DNA of 63,991 nt, filler included, from Ionaspis alba (GCA_964255285.1; 8 parts of 8 records of this genome joined end to end with filler, not necessarily neighbours in it), one strand, 5' to 3'; positions 25,296 to 38,409 are shown, counted from the whole stretch's first letter. Made by a program: numbers and translations. Notes: generated from the sequence alone by a model not told the origin.

Positions 25296-25580
25296 ATGCT
25301 AAACCACAACGTCGTCTACGTGGTGCTGCTGAGCATCATCAGGCCTGGACAGCCTCTGGAATACCAGAACCAAGTCATAACTGTCAGCCTCAACAAGACC
25401 AATGCCCGCACCATGGCTCGCACGTATCTGGAGAGTGAGGAAAAGGTCACCGTTGGTAAACTCAAATGGGAGAGAATGGTGGAGCAATACACTGAGGATG
25501 GGTTCAAATGGGTTCGAAAGAACTCTCTTGGCGAAACGTGGACCGTGGAGGTCATCCGTAAACCGGTTGTGGAGTATTGA
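25296..25580 (+). CDS. Small hypothetical protein (94 aa), intronless
   Basis: ATG in good context (CGTCATG), protein-like alternation of beta and alpha segments, isolated in intergenic space. No family recognised. Confidence 0.5.
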   Translation: MLNHNVVYVVLLSIIRPGQPLEYQNQVITVSLNKTNARTMARTYLESEEKVTVGKLKWERMVEQYTEDGFKWVRKNSLGETWTVEVIRKPVVEY

Positions 25581-26774
25581 GGAAACTTCACCTGTTAGAG
25601 AGGAGGCAGCTTTTCACGGAACGTAGAACGGTGCTGTGTCTGATAGCGTCCTCCATATCAGAAACGCCATGTCTCTGTCATTACCTTAGGCAGTCATGTA
25701 CTCGGTACATAAGGGTACATTGAATGCCCGTATGGAAGAACGTTGGGCTCCATCTAATCTTGTGTCTCAAAGGCATCTGCTGTGTAGTCTCAAGCAATAT
25801 CGCGCGTTCTCCATGGTCGCTGCGGCAAGTCGAGGTATTGGAATGGTTCAGGTCGCCTAATGTGCTTCTTGCATAAAAGCTGATCGATATTTGTGAAACA
25901 TGCACTGACAGTAACCTGCCCAAGCAGAATGATTGGAGAACGACGACACGCATGCACTATGTATTGCTCCGAACTCTGATAGCGGCTTTCTTCTATATTG
26001 ACATGTGATTGGCCGCGCTAGGACAAATTAGCAGCAGGACAGCCACCAACTATGCCGGAGGATGTACTCCCACGGTAGGGGCTATGTCTCGCTATGAACA
26101 AATAAAAGACACTCAAAACCCTTGACATGTCGTCGTTGATATTGGAGCAACAATGGTGATGAGTATGTGCAGAGGTGATAGAGTAAAGAGAGTGCTCGCT
26201 GCTCCTTGTACACTAATTTATGGTTTGTCCAAAGGCCCAATTGACGTTGCCGATTTCCGCACGTGTCTTAGCACCTTGAACTTGTGAGGCATCTCGAGAG
26301 ACCGTGCCCCAATAAGCTCGTGTGGCTTGCCCGAGTCTCCAGAGTACCAGTGCACGCCCACTGATGCAGCCCCGGCAATCACCACATCTGCCCCCACGAC
26401 TCATTTCCCGAGGCAGCAAGGCGTCTGCGCCTCGTGTTCCCACAATCAGCCTCACCCACTCGACTGTCGAGTCCAGCCGGCATGTCTGGCCGCGCTCGAC
26501 GAGGCCAAGTCGAAGGAAGGCTTCCCGTTGCTTGCTACTCCTCTCTCACTGCTAACCGTTTGACTCCTTCCTCGAGTATGCCTCGTCCAACTCTTTTTCG
26601 GCACCGTCACACCCGGCCTGGCTTATCCTCCGGAATCTATACCAGTAGGACGCCCCATCTCTGACAAGGTCTGACAGTAGACGGTCGTCAGCGAATAAGC
26701 AAGCTGCCTCCTCCTTATCACTTGGACCTCTATCGCAAAACCCTCCATCCCTGCCCGAATCTCTTGTTGTCGAA

Positions 26775-29326
26775 ATGTCTTTCTCAGGCATAAGCATCGG
26801 CGATATCTTGATGCTCTCGCAGCTGTCATGGAAAATCGGATGTGCCTTCACAGCGGGCAGAGCAGGTGCACCGGCCCAATTCCGAGAAGTCGAGAACGAA
26901 CTTAAGAGCCTCACCACTGCCATCACGCTACTGGCAGAGAGCATAGACGAGGACGGTGGTCTGCTCGCGCGATCTGATGCAAAAACAAGAGAAGGTCTGG
27001 ATAAGATCCTGGTACGTCGTTATCTCTCTGAGGTCTTCATCCTCGACCTCTCGCTAATACTGAACACTAGGGATGCTGCCGACAAACCCTTGATGCCCTC
27101 GACGCGTTCGTGACCCAATACCAGGAAGTAAGGAGGCCGGATGAGGCTGGTGGGCTGGCTACAAGAAGGTCATGGAGGCAGGTACTGGTGAAAAACTACA
27201 AGACTGTGATGTGGACAACAGAAGGCGGCGGTATTCAATCACTGCGCAACATGCTAGCCATGCACACCCAATCCATATCCTTGACAATGCAGGCGCTACA
27301 AAGGTAAGAACATGGCCATCTGAGCTTAGCCTTGCCTTTGACTATAGCATGCGTTCGTGGAGGCTTGTCACTGTCACCATGATATTCAATTCCTACCTCC
27401 CTTTCAAAGTTTACTCTCTTGACTTCTAGAGCATGCTACATTCATAGTGAATACGGGCTTTGGTACTGTCATGCTAACATCGAAAAAGTCGATCGCTCAG
27501 TCGTCTCGAAAGAATCATCGAACCGGTGGCAGACCAGATCGATGAAATGCACAATAAGCTCAATGGGGATCTTGATATCAAGATAGACGAGATGCATCAC
27601 GTGATGCTGTCTCTGAAAGCCAGCATAGACAACTCGCCTATGATTTGGCCGAGAGCTCCCGAGCGCTCTCGAACAGAAAGCGCCGTCTCACAAATATCAC
27701 CGCCAGTTTCGCCGTCTATTGGACCCAAGAAAGGCAGAGGCAATGGAAACACAGAATCGTCTCGTTCAATGTCGGCAACTTTAGAGATCCATACACCACA
27801 GGAAACGCCTGAGTTGAGTGGATCTGAGTTCTCCGCTCCGAGTCCACCAAGCAGGCATCGATCTCCTCCAATTGATGTAAGGGAATCATTGTTGATTCCA
27901 CTGGACTTTCAGTTTGGTGAGATGCTGCCACAGTATGAGGAAAGGAGGAAGCAGCGGATCCCAAGCAAACAAGATGATGGTCTACATTCTCCAAAGTCAC
28001 TCGGCAAACAAAAGGATACCGGGAGCACAAAAGTCCCTCTTGGCGGGGTCAAGTCACCTGCTTCACCCCAAATACCCCATTCTTCCGGCATGCTACCACC
28101 ACCAGCCATTCCTCCTGACACAGCTTTGTCGGACTATGGAACCCCAAACCCTCCACCAAAATCCTTGTATCAGAAAAATCGAGACTCTGATCTATCCGAG
28201 GTGACTGGAGTTGCAACGTCTCAAGAACAAAGTGCTTTCGAACGCAATTTGTTCACGCATTCTACTGTCTTGTGCGAGGTGTAGGTGGAAGTCCAAAACA
28301 TGCGAGTTGCTCATTGGCTAACATCGTTCTCAGGCGCGGTCTCAAGGTCGATTATACTCAGCCAGACGAGGAAAAACCAGGAGAATGGAGGATGGAACAA
28401 GTACGTTTATTGTCGTCCCCCTGCTTTTCATCACGAATTCTGACTGTTGTGCAAAGGCATGTACCGAATGCCGGATCTGTATCATCACCAAGCAGCAAAA
28501 GCTCACCTCGGGAGCTATGCGATACATGACCAGTATTTGGGTCTTGAGCGATGATCGGAGAGTCCGGCTCCAGCAAAAGAGTATGCAAGGCTTGATCCCA
28601 CACTCCAAGCATTTGAAGCTCACGATCATAAGTTGCCGATGGAGACGAAGTTCTTCCATACACTGTCTGGGGAAACGACGCCAAGGTCGTCCTGCGTGTG
28701 CCTACGGAGCTGAAATACCACAGTATCTCAATGGATGACAGAACAATCAAGACCGCCAAGACAGCCTGGGTCAACTACGTGTTCGAAACCGAAAGAAGTA
28801 GTCACCTCCAAAGCCCTCCTCAATTCCACAACTAACCACCTCAGGCGCCTCAACCTTCCAAAACGCCCTCATCGGCAAAACCCTCCTCCTCTCCGTAAAA
28901 ACCAAACGCACCATGCGCCTCCACGACGGCATAGCCGGCACCTTCTCCTACGCCGAACAGCTCTGCGGTCTCGAAAACCTCCGCATCTTCCAGGACGACT
29001 CCGGCGGCGTCCTCGCCCTCCTGCACTATAGTCCTCACGTCCAAGACGGCTACATGGCCTTCTACCTCAACAGCGCTCGCGATCCGGTTCGACTTCGCGA
29101 CGACGGGGAGTTGGGTATTAAGATCAAGGGGTTGAAGATTGTGCTCGATAGCAAGGATGGGCCTCGGAGAAGGAGCACTACGAATGAGCCACTGCAGTCG
29201 CCGAAGCCGAAGGCGGATCGCATTGTGAGGGGCGCGAAGATTGAGTTTTATACGGAGATGGATAAGAGGCTTTTTAAGGATAAGTTTAGGGAGATTCAGG
29301 GGCAGTTTTTCGCGGGTGACAGGTGA
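26775..29326 (+). CDS. Multi-exon protein: HeLo-like fungal N-terminal helical domain, Pro/Ser-rich linker, putative tandem PH-like C-terminus
   Basis: MSFSGISIGDILMLSQLSWKI...GAPAQFREVENELKSL.../GCCRQTLDALDAFVTQY...WTTEGGGIQSLRNMLAMH. Introns 27012-27070, about 27304-27488 and several more. Beta-rich C-terminus with FQNALIGK and final IEFYTEMDKRLFKDKFREIQ. Confidence 0.72.
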
Positions 29327-32080
29327 GTTTGGGTTACGGAGTGGGACGTTTGGACCTTTTTGGGGTGGGGTCTCGATTAGCGGGTTGGTGTTGGGGCGTT
29401 GCTTGTGGGCGGTGAGCGACTTTGCTGGGAAACTTCTGGGCTTGGTGAGGACGTTTGATTCATGCCGTGTATTATGCGCTTCGGTATTGGGAGACTGGTT
29501 GAGTTCCCAACGTGACGCTTTGGCAAATAAAGATTGTGTCTAGGTCATCAGAACTTGATGCTGTTGCGATTATCTTTTGCTGCTTGCTTACGTGCACTAG
29601 GCGTGTCTGATTGTTTCTGGTCGTGTCACTCCCTATGTGCGATTGACGTCTCTCAACCCCCATGGACAGGAACCGAGGTGTCACAAACCCACTCTTTATT
29701 TACTGCTTATGTCGTGCTTGCTCCACCACACAAATTCCTGCCATAAAACTCTACTTTTTCTCTCCTTCTCCTTTCTCTTCGCACCGATATTTTATTTTGT
29801 GTGCCTTCCTATATTTTTCTCTCGTCGCCCAAGACAAACAGCAAGCCGTTTGCTGCCCAATTAGAAGAGTCTTCAATCTAACCTGCTAAACAATACTAAG
29901 CCCTCTACATCCTGGTTGGTCGCTTCGACCACTGACAGTATTACATCTACTCGTCGAATTCCTTACATTCTGTTTCATTATTCATCGGAGGACAGAAATC
30001 GCCAAGAGCCAGTCCACCATACGGAGTCGTGCTACGTCAATGATTTGAATGGTGCCCTCGCTCTTGCTTTATCTTGATCATGTTTCAATGCATATTTCAT
30101 GTACCATTATGGGCATAGAATCAAGAGTTGCGCTGCCGTAGAAGTCCGATTGAACTGGTTGACGCACGTTGTATGATATGCCCTGCTGCCTGCAAGCAGC
30201 TTGGAGCTCTGCAGTACGTCGAAGACTTGAGAATTTCTCTATTAGGGAGTCGAAGTGCTAGACTTGTTTGAGCCCACAGCCACAACATGGGAGGTGCCGG
30301 CCGTCGAGATGTCCTCTGGTGGTCACGCTCGGTCCAAGTGTCGCTCTCAAATTTTCTGACCGGCTTGTGTTGGGTTCAAGAGTCACTGATGGTAGGAGAG
30401 GCTCTCAAGAGTCGAGGTGGGTAAGGAAATGGGAGGTGGGCAGACCGGCTTTGGGTATGACGGAGTATCATTGGGAGGTTACTGTACGGCAGCAACAGAG
30501 TGGATTGACTGCGAATACCTACCGTTAACTTTCAGCACTGACTGCTGCTGTCTTGAACTCAACAGGATTTCATCTTCTTTTGACGCTAATCGGCTAGGAC
30601 TTTATCGTAGCATGACGGTTGGTACACTGCATGTTTGATTTTAGCAAGAGAGCTAGATGATTAATACTTTTTCGCATGCTTCATTTGCATGCTTCATTTT
30701 CATGCAGTCACTGTGGCCAATGTTCCTGCATTCGTTCTAGGACTTCCTCTGATACTGCTGTTCGGAGTGCGTGGGCAGATCACCTCGTACCACTACTGGC
30801 CACTGCATCGACCTATCAGTGTGGTATTTCAGCTCTCTTATCACGCATTGTAGTGTCAACTGAAGCCAAACCTCGAACGTCCCCCCGCTGTGAATAGCCT
30901 CTCTGACAGTAGAATCATCCACGCGTCTAACGTATGCCAGATGGCACATCCCTCGATATCACCCAATTAACGGATGCCCACTTCCAGTTTTTATCTATCA
31001 AATCCTTTGCGAATTAAAATATATACATTCAGCTAAATATTTTTTACTGAGATTTCAAATCTGGAAATCTTCTCGTCAACGCTGATTGCGAGTTCAACAT
31101 TTGCGATCTCGATTTCAACCGAAAATTTTCTCAACACCCCGATAAAAACCGAGGATACATAACAGAGTCCAAACCCCGGACCACGGTATCAATCCTGACT
31201 AATCGTTTTATAGTCCATGCCTGGTCTGTTGGCTGCATACGTACCTGCAGATCTGGCACGATGCTTCGGACGAACCGGCCTGCCACGACTCTTTCGACTT
31301 CGCTTTCGAGATCGTCGAAGATGTGCCCGAAATACGTAAGATAATTCTGGCCGAGGTTACGGCGTTTCAGACAACAGGTCCGCGTCCCGCAGCCCTAGGC
31401 CCGGATGCAGGGTCAGACGGGCCAGCAGCAGCATAACAATGTGCACATCCCCGATCACGGCATTTAGTGGTCGCAGGAGGATCCGAGACTGCAAGAGGCG
31501 GCGACGGCGATGGCGTGTCATGCGAGTAATATGGGGTTGGATGCGATGCATCCGTGAAGGTGGTTTCAGGGATGGAGGCGTGGTTTGGGTGTGTAGAGCT
31601 AGATTAGGAAAAAAGGGTTACTCGAATTTGGGAGATGTTTTCATTCTCGATTATTGACGAAGACAAAAGTGGTTTGCATTAGATGCACATCCTGTGAAGT
31701 GATTGAGTACCTAGTTCAGGATACCAATCCTCTCTCCAAGCAACAAAGGGGCTTGTACTCCATGACTCGGAATATCCTTCGTCTCTCTACCGTTGACTTT
31801 TGAGGTGCCTTCGAGGCAGCCTACTACCTTATCTTGATCGGATGACGCAGGGCCTTACTCCGCAAATCCATGGCCCCCGAATGGCCACATCGAATTCTCG
31901 AATCCTGATCTCGTAATCCAATCCTAACCTAAAGGGTGTGCAGCCAATTCGCGGAGGGGACTGTTGGAGGTGGGAGGCGGGATGGGCTAAGGTACCCACT
32001 CGGCACTTATTGCATGACACTGATCAAGGTAGGAGTTGTATCAGCACCAACTAGGGATAGAGCAAACGGCCGGGTAATCA

Positions 32081-32208
32081 GGGACGGGTAGAAGGGGAAC
32101 CCCCTGGAACGGGACGGGTAGAAAGGGACACCCCTGGAACGGGACGGGTAGTACGGGGACCCCCCTGGAATGGGACGGGTAGAAAGGGGACCCCCTGGAA
32201 CGGGACGG
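32081..32208. repeat. Minisatellite, about 4.2 copies of a 30-31 bp unit
   Basis: Unit approximately GGGACGGGTAGAA(A/G)GGG(G)ACCCCCTGGAAC, starting at 32081, 32111, 32141 and 32172, with a partial copy at 32202. Confidence 0.95.
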
Positions 32209-32272
32209 AGCATGCTCTCAGTATTAGCCTGATTTGGAAAAATGTTGATTTCACGTCGTTCGCTTTCAACAG

Positions 32273-32372
32273 NNNNNNNNNNNNNNNNNNNNNNNNNNNN
32301 NNNNNNNNNNNNNNNNTTAATTAATTAANNNNNNNNNNNNNNNNNNNNNNNNNNNNNNNNNNNNNNNNNNNN
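32273..32372. other. Artificial scaffold-joining linker
   Basis: N44-TTAATTAATTAA-N44. Confidence 0.98.
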
Positions 32373-35300
32373 CACCCATACCTCCCCTCTTCTCCACCCT
32401 CCTCTCCCTTCCTCTCCCTCCTCTTCCACCACCAGCAAACTTCGCCCTGACCTTCCCCCCCTCTTCCTCATCACCCTCCTCTCTCCCCTTCTCCCTCTTA
32501 TTACTAAACTTCAACCGTCCACCCCTGCCCCTCTGCACTGCATCCCGACCCCTGATGGCATCCACATAAGCATTGATCCCACCTTCAAGGGATCCATCAC
32601 CCGGCTCTCCGACCAGATCCGCCATCTCCGCATCCCCTGCCTCGTCATCGTTACCAAACACCAACTTGCCATCCAGATCCGTCTTCGCCTTCGTCCTCGT
32701 CTTGCCATTCGCAGGCCCCGATCTGAATTTGACAGGCTTCGTACTCGAAATATTCCCCAGCGCCTTGCGATCCAGCAAATCCAGCGGCTCGTCCTCCTCT
32801 TCCACAATATACGTCCTGGCCCCTCTCTTCCCCCCCTGCACCCCATCATCATCGCTCTCATCCAGCCCGACTCCACCTTCACTATCACTCCCCTCACTGC
32901 CACTCCCATAAACCGCCTCATCGAACTCGCTCTCAAACCTAGCCTTCCTCTTCCCCACCTTCTCCCCCTCCTCACCCTCGCCCTCCGCACCCGCCTCCTT
33001 CTTCCTCTTACTCCTCTCCCTCGTCTTCCTGATATTAAGAATCAACTTGCGATCCCCCTCCGGCGTCCACCTCTCCACCTCCTCATACCCAAACCGCCTA
33101 ATCGCCCTCTCAAAAATATGCTTCACCTTTGCCCGGAACCTCGCCTTATGCTCCCGACTCCACCCCATCAATCCCGGCACCAGCGTCTGCAGCCGTGGGC
33201 GCATGATTTGCTCCGGTAGACTGATCACCGCGACTTTGACGAATCCGAGCACCGACCTCACAATCTCCCGGTTATTGGACCCCAGGAAGAGATCCATCGT
33301 CGCAACCAGATCTTCCAGCACGCGCTCCTCGAGTTGCGTCCGGAACTCATATAGAATCCGCGTCAGCGCCGTGATGCTGGCGGATATCATATGCGGTGTC
33401 GAGCCCGCCAGACCGGCCGAGACCATGGTGAAGAATTCCTCGAGAGAGGCCTCCGCATTCGGGGCATCGGCGGGCATGTGGGGGATTTGCGACTGGGCGA
33501 TGGTGCCTCCTTGGGCCATTTTTTGGCCCATGAGAACGAGCAGGTCGAAGGCGGCGGTGCGGGCTTTCTCATTGACTTCTTTTGCCGAGATGACTACTTC
33601 TGAGAGGATGGAAGGGATGAAGTGTAGGGATGTTGGGGGGAGGTGGGTTATGACGACGGCGATGGCGGCGAGGCGGTCGCGCCGGGAGGGGGCGGAGGCG
33701 GAGGTAGAGCTGGTTAAGAGGAGGGATTGGAGGTCGGTGTTGCGGTCTTGGAGGGCGAGGATGCCGGTGGGGGAGGTGGAGAGGCGTGGAAGCAGCTTGT
33801 AGGCTTTTTTTTGGAGTTGGGGGTCCGTGGATTGGGGGAGGATGAGGGAGGCGAGGGAGAAGAGTGTGGGGAAGCTAGTGCGGGGGAGGTAGACTGAGAG
33901 GGTGATGATGAGGTCCATGAGAGTGTGGCTTGTTGGTGGCATTGTGTCGGTGGTCTGTTTCTGTTTTTGTTTGTCGGCTTGAGTTTGGGATGTTGATTCT
34001 GCGAGTGCGGATTCGAGCATTGTTGTTACTCGTGTGAATGTTTCCATGAGCTCCTGGAGCACAGTCAGTAGATTGATTGAGATATAGGAGTTTATCAAAA
34101 ACATACCTTCTCCGGAGTTATGCTTAAGTAGGCATTGATGCATTGCAAGATGTATCCTCGATACTGTGGCAGTGTCTGACTATACACATTGAATAGTACT
34201 GCCAGTAAATTGCCCGCAAACGATGCAAGATGGTCGATGTTCTTCTGAGCGTCTGCTTTGCTGACTCGTCCTTCAACGATCATCTCACTGGCATCTTCCA
34301 ACGATAGAACATCCTTGTTTGTCTCGACAAGCAACTGAAGTGCCTTACACACATCAGATCGTAATTCCGTCTGCTTGTACAGAATATTTGCCAGTAGTTC
34401 CGCAAAGCTTTGATCAAAAGCAACGGCCAGATCCAAAGGTAATGTGCAGTACCCTGGTAGGAGAGCCCAGANNNNNNNNNNNNNNNNNNNNNNNNNNNNN
34501 NNNNNNNNNNNNNNNNNNNNNNNNNNNNNNNNNNNNNNNNNNNNNNNNNNNNNNNNNNNNNNNNNNNNNNNGAACGGAGCTCTCCAACCGTCCTCACCAC
34601 ATCGTCGAGTAAAGGTGTAGATCTCCATTTGAAAGCCTCGAACAGCGCGGAGAGAACATTGAAAACCTCCATCCAAGCAGCCTGATATTTCACACTCAGA
34701 AGATTCGTAGCTGCCTTCGCAAGCTTCTCCATAGTCTTCTCATCGAAGATTGAAGGCTCGGGAATAACGCTCGCAGGTATACAATTCGCAGCAAATGAGA
34801 TCAAGCATTCAGATGCAGAGATGCGGATGTTATGAGACATTGACCCCAGGAACGCAGAAATCATATCAAAAAGCTCCGGCAGCTTCTGAAAAGTCTCATC
34901 CGGATTAACCTGAGCAGAAACATCATATCCCCTCGAAATTATAGCGATCCACGGCGGTAACAGTTGGGAATCATTCTGCGAAGGACGCAATTCCGAGATC
35001 ACCTCCATCAGCCTCGGCAGCTTCGCAGAAGAAGTTTCATCCGCCATCCCGGCAAAGATAATCTCAAAGACCTCAAAGGAAGCCATGGCAAGGTACTCGT
35101 TACTCGACTTCGCAATACTCAACAGAACCTCGCACAGCGAATCGATCTTCCGACTCGGCCACCCCCCGGAAGCCGCCGCGATGGTCTTGACCAGCTGCAG
35201 AGCATGCATGAGACCTGGATGATGTTCTTCGTGCGCCCGGCCTTTGTGTTTCTTTCCCGACACCTTGGCAATATCGCTCAGGCTCCTCAGAGCCGTTTCC

Positions 35301-35910
35301 GCGCACATGTCTGCGGCCGGATGATCGAGTGAGGGACTCGGTGGCGGATTCTTCAATACTCTTGTCAGAGCCTCCTGGGCCCGCTTCCGAACCTTAGGTC
35401 TGTGATCCACAGCCAGCGCCAAGAGTCCCGCAACCGCTCGTCGAGGTCCGCTTTGCGTCTGCGGAAGTGCCCAAGCTGCGGCATCCTGGGCGACCAGAAG
35501 CGATTCCAGGCACCCCATTGAGGAGCGCAGGAGCGGAGCTTCGGCATCTTGGTGCGTCAGCGCTGGGGCGAGGCTGGTGAGGATTTGGGAGAATTTGGAG
35601 CGTAGGAGCGGAGCCGGGACGGAGGGTGTGACGAGGTCGAGGAGGTAGACGACTGAGGTTGCGAGTTCTTTGTTGATGATGCCTTTGGTGTTGGAGATTG
35701 CTTGGCTGAGGAGAGCGAGGAGAGCGGCGAAGTAGGCGGTTGGTGTGAAGTCGTGGTTTTGGTCTTTGAGGGTGTCTTCGATGGCGGAGAGAACTATGGC
35801 TGTCTGAGAGATTGTGAGCTGCTGTGCTTGGGGAGGTGGTAATAGCGTACCTCGCGCTGGTTCTGTAGTTTTGGCGACCTGATCTTGTCAAGTCGCTCGG
35901 CCAGAGACAT
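32373..35910 (-). CDS. RRP12: Ribosome biogenesis HEAT-repeat protein Rrp12 (internal N gap 34472-34571; 3' end truncated)
   Basis: MSLAERLDKIRSPKLQNQ, DHRPKVRKRAQ, WALLPGYC, KEVNEKARTAAFDLL, GLAGSTPHMISA, NREIVRSVLGF, EPLDLLD. Confidence 0.93.
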
Positions 35911-36399
35911 CTTGACGTGTGCTGCGACAATTGGCAGCTTAGGACGTGGAATTCGCAGATCCGAAGTTCGGTTCCAGAATTTTTGTTTATCGATAAAAGA
36001 AGTACGCGGAGCACGGAATACGCTGGTACAAGGGTAAAGACTCAAACTGATACGCTAAGACCTGGCGATGCTGTAGAAGGTGCACAGTTCGCTCGAGTAT
36101 TCTGTACGACCATATTCTTCACCTGAGTACTCAGAGCTTGATTCATTAGACAAGGTTTTCTGCAGGACGGACTTTCACCCTCATTTTCCTAGCACTAATG
36201 CTGAGCTGCTTCAGAACGGTAGTATTTAGGTTGTAGGATCATAGTACACAAACGATCCGCTATCATGGCTTCACAGCCCATTGGTATCTTTGCAAAAAAA
36301 AAAAAAAAAACCCTCTCGCAATCCAGAATAAAAGCGCTGCCGCAGGACCAGAAAAGTATTCATACAATCGAACTAGCGCCACCACCACAAGTGACGACC

Positions 36400-37535
36400 T
36401 CATGACTGCGCTGGCTCATCTGGCTTGCCAGCATCTGCCGTCGCCGCGGTTTGACTCGTCTCCGCATGGTTGGAAGTGGTGGAAGCAGGTACCGGTTGCT
36501 GCCGACTCGCCGTCGCAGCCTGCAACCTCTGATCCAACGCCTTCAGAGCTAGCGCTCTCCTTCGCTCAGCCTCTTCTCTCTTTCCGCTCCCTCCTCGTCT
36601 ACCACCTTGGTTCATGAGACTGGGGAGCCCACCTTCTGCCCTCGCAGTGGCCTGCTCATTACTTGAATCGATTTCCTCCGCAGAGAACGGCGTGCAGACC
36701 CGAAGTGCCACAAGGGTATTGAACACCGCATCTGACAATTTGGCTACAGGTCCGTGGACAGCGTCAGGCCAGAAGTATGCGAACGCGAAGGTCTCGCTGG
36801 CATCACCTCGCAGTGTGCTTCCTCCTGTGCTGGTGCCTGAGAGGTCTGGTTGGCGTTTGTAGAATCGTAGGTAGGTCCAGCTGGTGAGGAAGCCGAGCCA
36901 GGATAGTACGGCGGCGACGTCTGTGCCGAAGACGATGCCGGATATTGTGTTTGCGGTGAGGAATATGGCGGGGAAATGCTTGACTCGGATTTTGATGAGA
37001 CCTTTTAGGATGGTGACTGTGTGTTCGGGTACGAGTTGCTTGAAGGCGACGAGGAAGGCGGCTTGTATTGAGATGGAACCGTGGAGGGACTTCCACCTGT
37101 TAGACCAGGTTAGATCTTCCCTCGTAGTTTAACGAGATCAGGCGATACTTACGCATGAACGTATTGTCTGGTGATGACATAGAGGAGTACATAGAGAATT
37201 GTTGCAACGACGTTTGGCACCAGTATCACCACCAGTAAGAACTTACCAAACTCTGCAGAGCCCCAAGCTCGTTCGAGATATTTCCCTCCATAAAGGATCG
37301 TTGCAATTGCGATGAGAAGGGTGATGATGTTTCTCTCTGCTAAAGTCGAAGTGATGTATACCCAGGGATAGAAAATTGATAGTTGAGGAGTAAGTGCTAT
37401 CCAAGCCACAACGTTCTCCCCGGTATTTGCGGTTCTACGGCCTCTGTAAAGTGCAGCTTGGTAAAGCAACGAAAAACCAACAAGCAGGACAAGAAGCACA
37501 CGAGTAACTGGAGGAATGTTGATACGAAAAGCCAT
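36400..37535 (-). CDS. DUF1751 / TMEM115-like rhomboid-superfamily membrane protein
   Basis: MAFRINIPPVTRVLL, YGGKYLERAWGSAEFGKF, FKQLVPEHTV, SWTYLRFY, RGDASETFAF, EAERRRALALKALDQRL. One intron at about 37098-37152. Confidence 0.88.
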
Positions 37536-38409
37536 CTCCACCGTACGAGATGCTTGGGCTGTTTCGAAGGGTTTTGATGCAGGCACAAAGCCTTATGGCA
37601 GCATGCTTGCTTTGGCGTGTCCTCCGTTGGCTGCTTGAGAAACGTGAGGTTTTGGCGGTGGCTGTCGCGCTTCCAGCTCGGGGGAGCGCCAAGAATCCGG
37701 TAACGAACCAGAGAATGAATTAAGGCCTGGCGCTACTGCTGCCATCTACACGTTATTTTGCCCCCGGAGACAGGGCCGAATCGTCGAATCCTACAAGGGG
37801 ATTTCGGTTGATGGTTGAGTCAAGCTGGTGGAACAACGTTGGATATTTCTATGAATGTCTGAAGGAGTGAATCGTTAACTATCCTGCATACTACCATAAT
37901 CCAACTCACTGTCATCTGAAGCCTGCCCTCCACCACCTGACGATCACGGCTGGCAGCCCATCCACCACCATACCCAACCGTTGATCGAGTGTGTCACGTC
38001 GACAGTTCTTCCACGTCCAACCGGGGTGCATTCCGTGCAGGTGGCTTCCCTGCAACCTGGCTTTGATAGGACAGTAACACTCGGGAACTAAGTAGGGGCA
38101 TTCTTAGAATCGCAGAGCCACATCTCAAGCCTTTCAAGGCCCCCGAATCTTCCATCTCCATTGATCCATCTGCTCCAAACCTGCTACTACCCAAAGGGAC
38201 GACTGAATCATACCCGAGCTCGGTCGAAGCGCTCTCTTCTCGCTCTTCGTTCTGTACATATCACTCAAAATCGCCTCGTTGTCTCATTGCCACCCGGGCT
38301 TGCGACGACCTTCGAACCATAATCGCCGCGGATCGTTGTGTGTCCCACCCGCTTTCGTCTATCCATCGCCATCTTGCATGAGTGCATCACGAATGATCCG
38401 AGTGGCATC

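Noticed and set aside
31040..31551. Protein-like minus-strand fragments in different frames (for example GQNYLTYFGHIFDDLESEVERVV)
   Set aside because: No coherent spliced model or family recognised; it could be a relic but cannot be supported.
32081..32208. Possible CRISPR array
   Set aside because: Units are tandem with no unique spacers, the context is eukaryotic, and there are no cas genes.
33047..33802. Long antisense ORFs overlapping RRP12, PTR2, the carboxypeptidase and others
   Set aside because: Shadow ORFs expected opposite GC-rich coding sequence.
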